Assembly: GCA_034660655.1 (NCBI GenBank)
Contig: JAYEJU010000012.1
Coordinates: 1-48,232, forward strand
Direction of reading: 5' to 3'
DNA: 48,232 nucleotides
Source: Patescibacteria group bacterium
GTDB taxonomy: Bacteria > Patescibacteriota > Patescibacteriia > JAACEG01
Under the pieces are notes generated by a model, which was given only the letters and a program-made list of their open reading frames with translations, searched no databases and had not been told where the DNA came from. Every line of letters starts with the position of its first letter. The first letter of the stretch is position 1. Shown here piece by piece: positions 45,659 through 48,232 of the stretch. Both the position numbers and the translations under genes were made by a program.

Positions 45659-48151
45659 TTATATAAAAGTTATATTAGCTACTTCATCTTCCTTATTTTT
45701 AAATCTCATAAGCTTTACTCCTTGCGTTGACCTTCCCAATGAATTAACAGATTTTAGAGGAAGCCTGATAATTTGTCCAAGTTTGGAAATGATAATAATA
45801 TCCTCGTCCAAGATTTTAGAATTTGTAATAACCATAGCTATTAAATTTCCTGTTCGCGATGTTATTTTTGCTGTTTTTATTCCTGATCCTCCTCTTGATT
45901 GCAAACGATATTCAGACAATTTTGTTTTTTTGCCAAAGCCATTTTTGCTAATTATTAAAACTTGCAAATTTTTTTCTTTTGCTTGAAAATCAATGACATC
46001 CATTCCAATCACTCTATCATCTTTTTTCAGCCTTATTCCCTTAACTCCGCTTGCGTTTCTTCCCATTGAACGGACGCCTTTTTCATTAAATTTTATTGAC
46101 TTGCCAAGAGTTGTGGCAATTATAATATTATCTTTTCCAGAAGACGGGCTAACCCATTCTAATAGGTCGTCATTTTTAAGTTTAATTGCGATAAGTCCGC
46201 TTCTTCTCACATTAGTAAAGTCTGATATAGCTACTTTTTTTATTAAGCCATTTTTTGTTTGCATTATTATATATTTGCATTCTTCTAATTCATCAAAAGG
46301 AAGAACAGCTGAAATAAGTTCGTCAGATCCTAATTGTAAAAAATTTACGATTGCTTGTCCTTTTGACTGGCGGGTTGCCTGCGGAATATCATAAGCTTTT
46401 AATTGGAATACTCTTCCTTTTGTCGTAAAAAATAGAACATCAGAATGTGTCATTGCGGTAAAAAAATGTTCTACTAAATCTTCTTCTTTTGTTGTTAAGC
46501 CAATAACTCCTTTTCCTCCGCGAGATTGAGTTTTAAAATTATCAGGAGACATTCTTTTAATATATCCGTCGCGAGTTATCGCGATAATCGTTGATTCATT
46601 AGGAACCAAATCTTCCGCTGAAAATTCCCCAACAGCTCCGGCAACAACTTTTGTTCTTCTTTCGTCAGCAAATTTTTCTTTAACTTCTTTTAATTCATCT
46701 TTTACTATATTTGACATCAACTTTTTAGACGCTAATATTTTTTTTAATTCTTTAATAATTTTTTTCTTTTCTTTTAGTTCATCTTCAATTTTCATTCTTT
46801 CCAAATTTGCCAAATTTTGCAATTTCATTTCTAAAATAGCAACTGATTGTTTTTCAGAAAGTTTGAATTTTTTTATTAAATTGATTTTTGCTTCTTCCTT
46901 GTCTTTGGATTTTTTAATCACTTTGATAACAGCGTCAATTTTATCTAAAGCGATTTTTAAACCTTCTAAAATATGCGCGCGGTCAAGAGCTTTTTGCAAT
47001 TCAAATTTGCACCTTCTTTCAATAACTGTCAATCTGTGTTTAATGTGTTCTTCTAACGCTGTTTTTAAATTTAGTACCTTAGGCTGTATCCCATTGATTA
47101 ACGCTAACATATTAAAGTTAAAATTTTCTTGCAAAGGCGTTAATTTAAATAAGCGATTTAATATTTTTTTAGGATAAGAATCGCGTTTTAATTCAATAAC
47201 AATTCTTATATCTTCCAGCCCTTTTGATTCATCTCTCAAATCTTTAATCCCGTCTATTTTTTTATTTCTAACCAAGTCAGCTATTTTTTCTATTAAAGTA
47301 GCTTTATTAACTTGATAGGGAATTTCTGAAACAATAATTTGGAACTGATTAGTTTTCACTTCCACTATTTCAGTTTTAGCCCGCATTGTTACTCTTCCTC
47401 GTCCAGTGTTATACGCTTCTCTTATTTCTTTTTTATTATAAATAATTCCGCCTGTTGGAAAATCAGGACCTTTAACAAATTTTATTAAATCGTCAATTGT
47501 GGCATCAGGCTTGTCAATCAAATATTCAAGCGCGTCTATAAGTTCTTCTAAATTATGCGGTGGAATATTTGTTGCCATGCCAACTGCAATTCCCAATGTT
47601 CCATTTAATAAAAGAATAGGGAGTTTAGAGGGTAGAATCCTTGGTTCTTTTTGGCTTCCATCATAATTAGGAACAAAATCAACAGTATCTTTATCAATGT
47701 CTTTTAAAACTTCTTCAGTAATTTGTTCCAGCTTTGCCTCTGTATATCTCATAGCTGCTGCCTTATCTCCGTCCATTGATCCAAAGTTTCCCTGTCCTCT
47801 TACTAATGTATAACGCAAAGAAAAGTCTTGCGCCATTCTTACCATACTTTCATAAACAGCGGCGTCTCCATGAGGATGATATTTACCAAGAACTTCACCA
47901 ACTACTGTGGCTGATTTTCTGAATTTAGCCGTATGTTTCAGCCCAATGCTCCACATCGCGTAAAGAATTCTTCTGTGAACCGGCTTTAATCCATCGCGGG
48001 CGTCAGGCAAAGCGCGAGAAATTATCACGCTCATGGCGTAATCAAGATATGATTCTTTCATTTCATCAACAATGGCTAAATCTTCTATTTTTTCAATGAT
48101 TTCTGTTTGCTTGTCTTCCTTATTTATATTATTGTTTTTATCTTTTTTCAT
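45659..48151 (-). CDS. gyrA: DNA gyrase subunit A
   Basis: [22 protein letters not shown], active-site AAMRYTE, and C-terminal beta-pinwheel repeats. Confidence 0.96.
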   Translation of the reverse strand: MKKDKNNNINKEDKQTEIIEKIEDLAIVDEMKESYLDYAMSVIISRALPDARDGLKPVHRRILYAMWSIGLKHTAKFRKSATVVGEVLGKYHPHGDAAVYESMVRMAQDFSLRYTLVRGQGNFGSMDGDKAAAMRYTEAKLEQITEEVLKDIDKDTVDFVPNYDGSQKEPRILPSKLPILLLNGTLGIAVGMATNIPPHNLEELIDALEYLIDKPDATIDDLIKFVKGPDFPTGGIIYNKKEIREAYNTGRGRVTMRAKTEIVEVKTNQFQIIVSEIPYQVNKATLIEKIADLVRNKKIDGIKDLRDESKGLEDIRIVIELKRDSYPKKILNRLFKLTPLQENFNFNMLALINGIQPKVLNLKTALEEHIKHRLTVIERRCKFELQKALDRAHILEGLKIALDKIDAVIKVIKKSKDKEEAKINLIKKFKLSEKQSVAILEMKLQNLANLERMKIEDELKEKKKIIKELKKILASKKLMSNIVKDELKEVKEKFADERRTKVVAGAVGEFSAEDLVPNESTIIAITRDGYIKRMSPDNFKTQSRGGKGVIGLTTKEEDLVEHFFTAMTHSDVLFFTTKGRVFQLKAYDIPQATRQSKGQAIVNFLQLGSDELISAVLPFDELEECKYIIMQTKNGLIKKVAISDFTNVRRSGLIAIKLKNDDLLEWVSPSSGKDNIIIATTLGKSIKFNEKGVRSMGRNASGVKGIRLKKDDRVIGMDVIDFQAKEKNLQVLIISKNGFGKKTKLSEYRLQSRGGSGIKTAKITSRTGNLIAMVITNSKILDEDIIIISKLGQIIRLPLKSVNSLGRSTQGVKLMRFKNKEDEVANITFI

Positions 48152-48232
48152 AAAAATTTTTTAAAAAAATAAAAAAACGGCAGTCGTTTTTTTATTTTGA
48201 TTTTTATACAGTGTGTATATTATTTCCTGCCT

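Overview
This is an AT-rich (roughly 25-30% GC by eye) bacterial chromosome segment that looks like a reduced-genome Patescibacteria/CPR-type organism. The backbone is compact housekeeping: gyrA, infB, alaS, cysS, glyA, folD, trxB, clpP, rny, hup, uppS, nusB, rnhB, rpmH-rnpA, rpmG and rpmF, plus seven tRNAs. The 16S rRNA gene carries a ~140-nt AT-rich insertion and is followed only by tRNA-Ile, with no 23S. The genetic code is standard (TGA is used as a stop). Three accessory blocks interrupt the backbone. (1) 59-3493 is a restriction-modification locus with two m5C methyltransferases, whose putative nuclease is split by an in-frame TAA. (2) ~30.2-34.8 kb is a nuclease island: a TdeIII-like REase, an HNH nuclease, a Bro-N/DinD-like protein, a 5'-truncated CcrM-like methylase and an OLD-type ATPase-Toprim. 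It ends at a truncated aminotransferase remnant. (3) ~38.0-43.1 kb is the most unusual part. It holds a visibly GC-richer radical SAM/SPASM enzyme with an RRE-like N-terminus and an unannotated 31-aa ORF just downstream. It also holds a separately transcribed 46-aa Gly/Lys-rich peptide gene, an M16 peptidase and an APH-type kinase. This block is partitioned by three copies of a 200-300-bp palindromic repeat that share an identical 20-bp GC palindrome; two of the copies carry an outward-facing promoter. Several hairpin-repeat families fill the intergenic DNA, including G-box hairpins and nested palindromes next to a tyrosine recombinase. All calls come from reading motifs by eye; no database search was possible.
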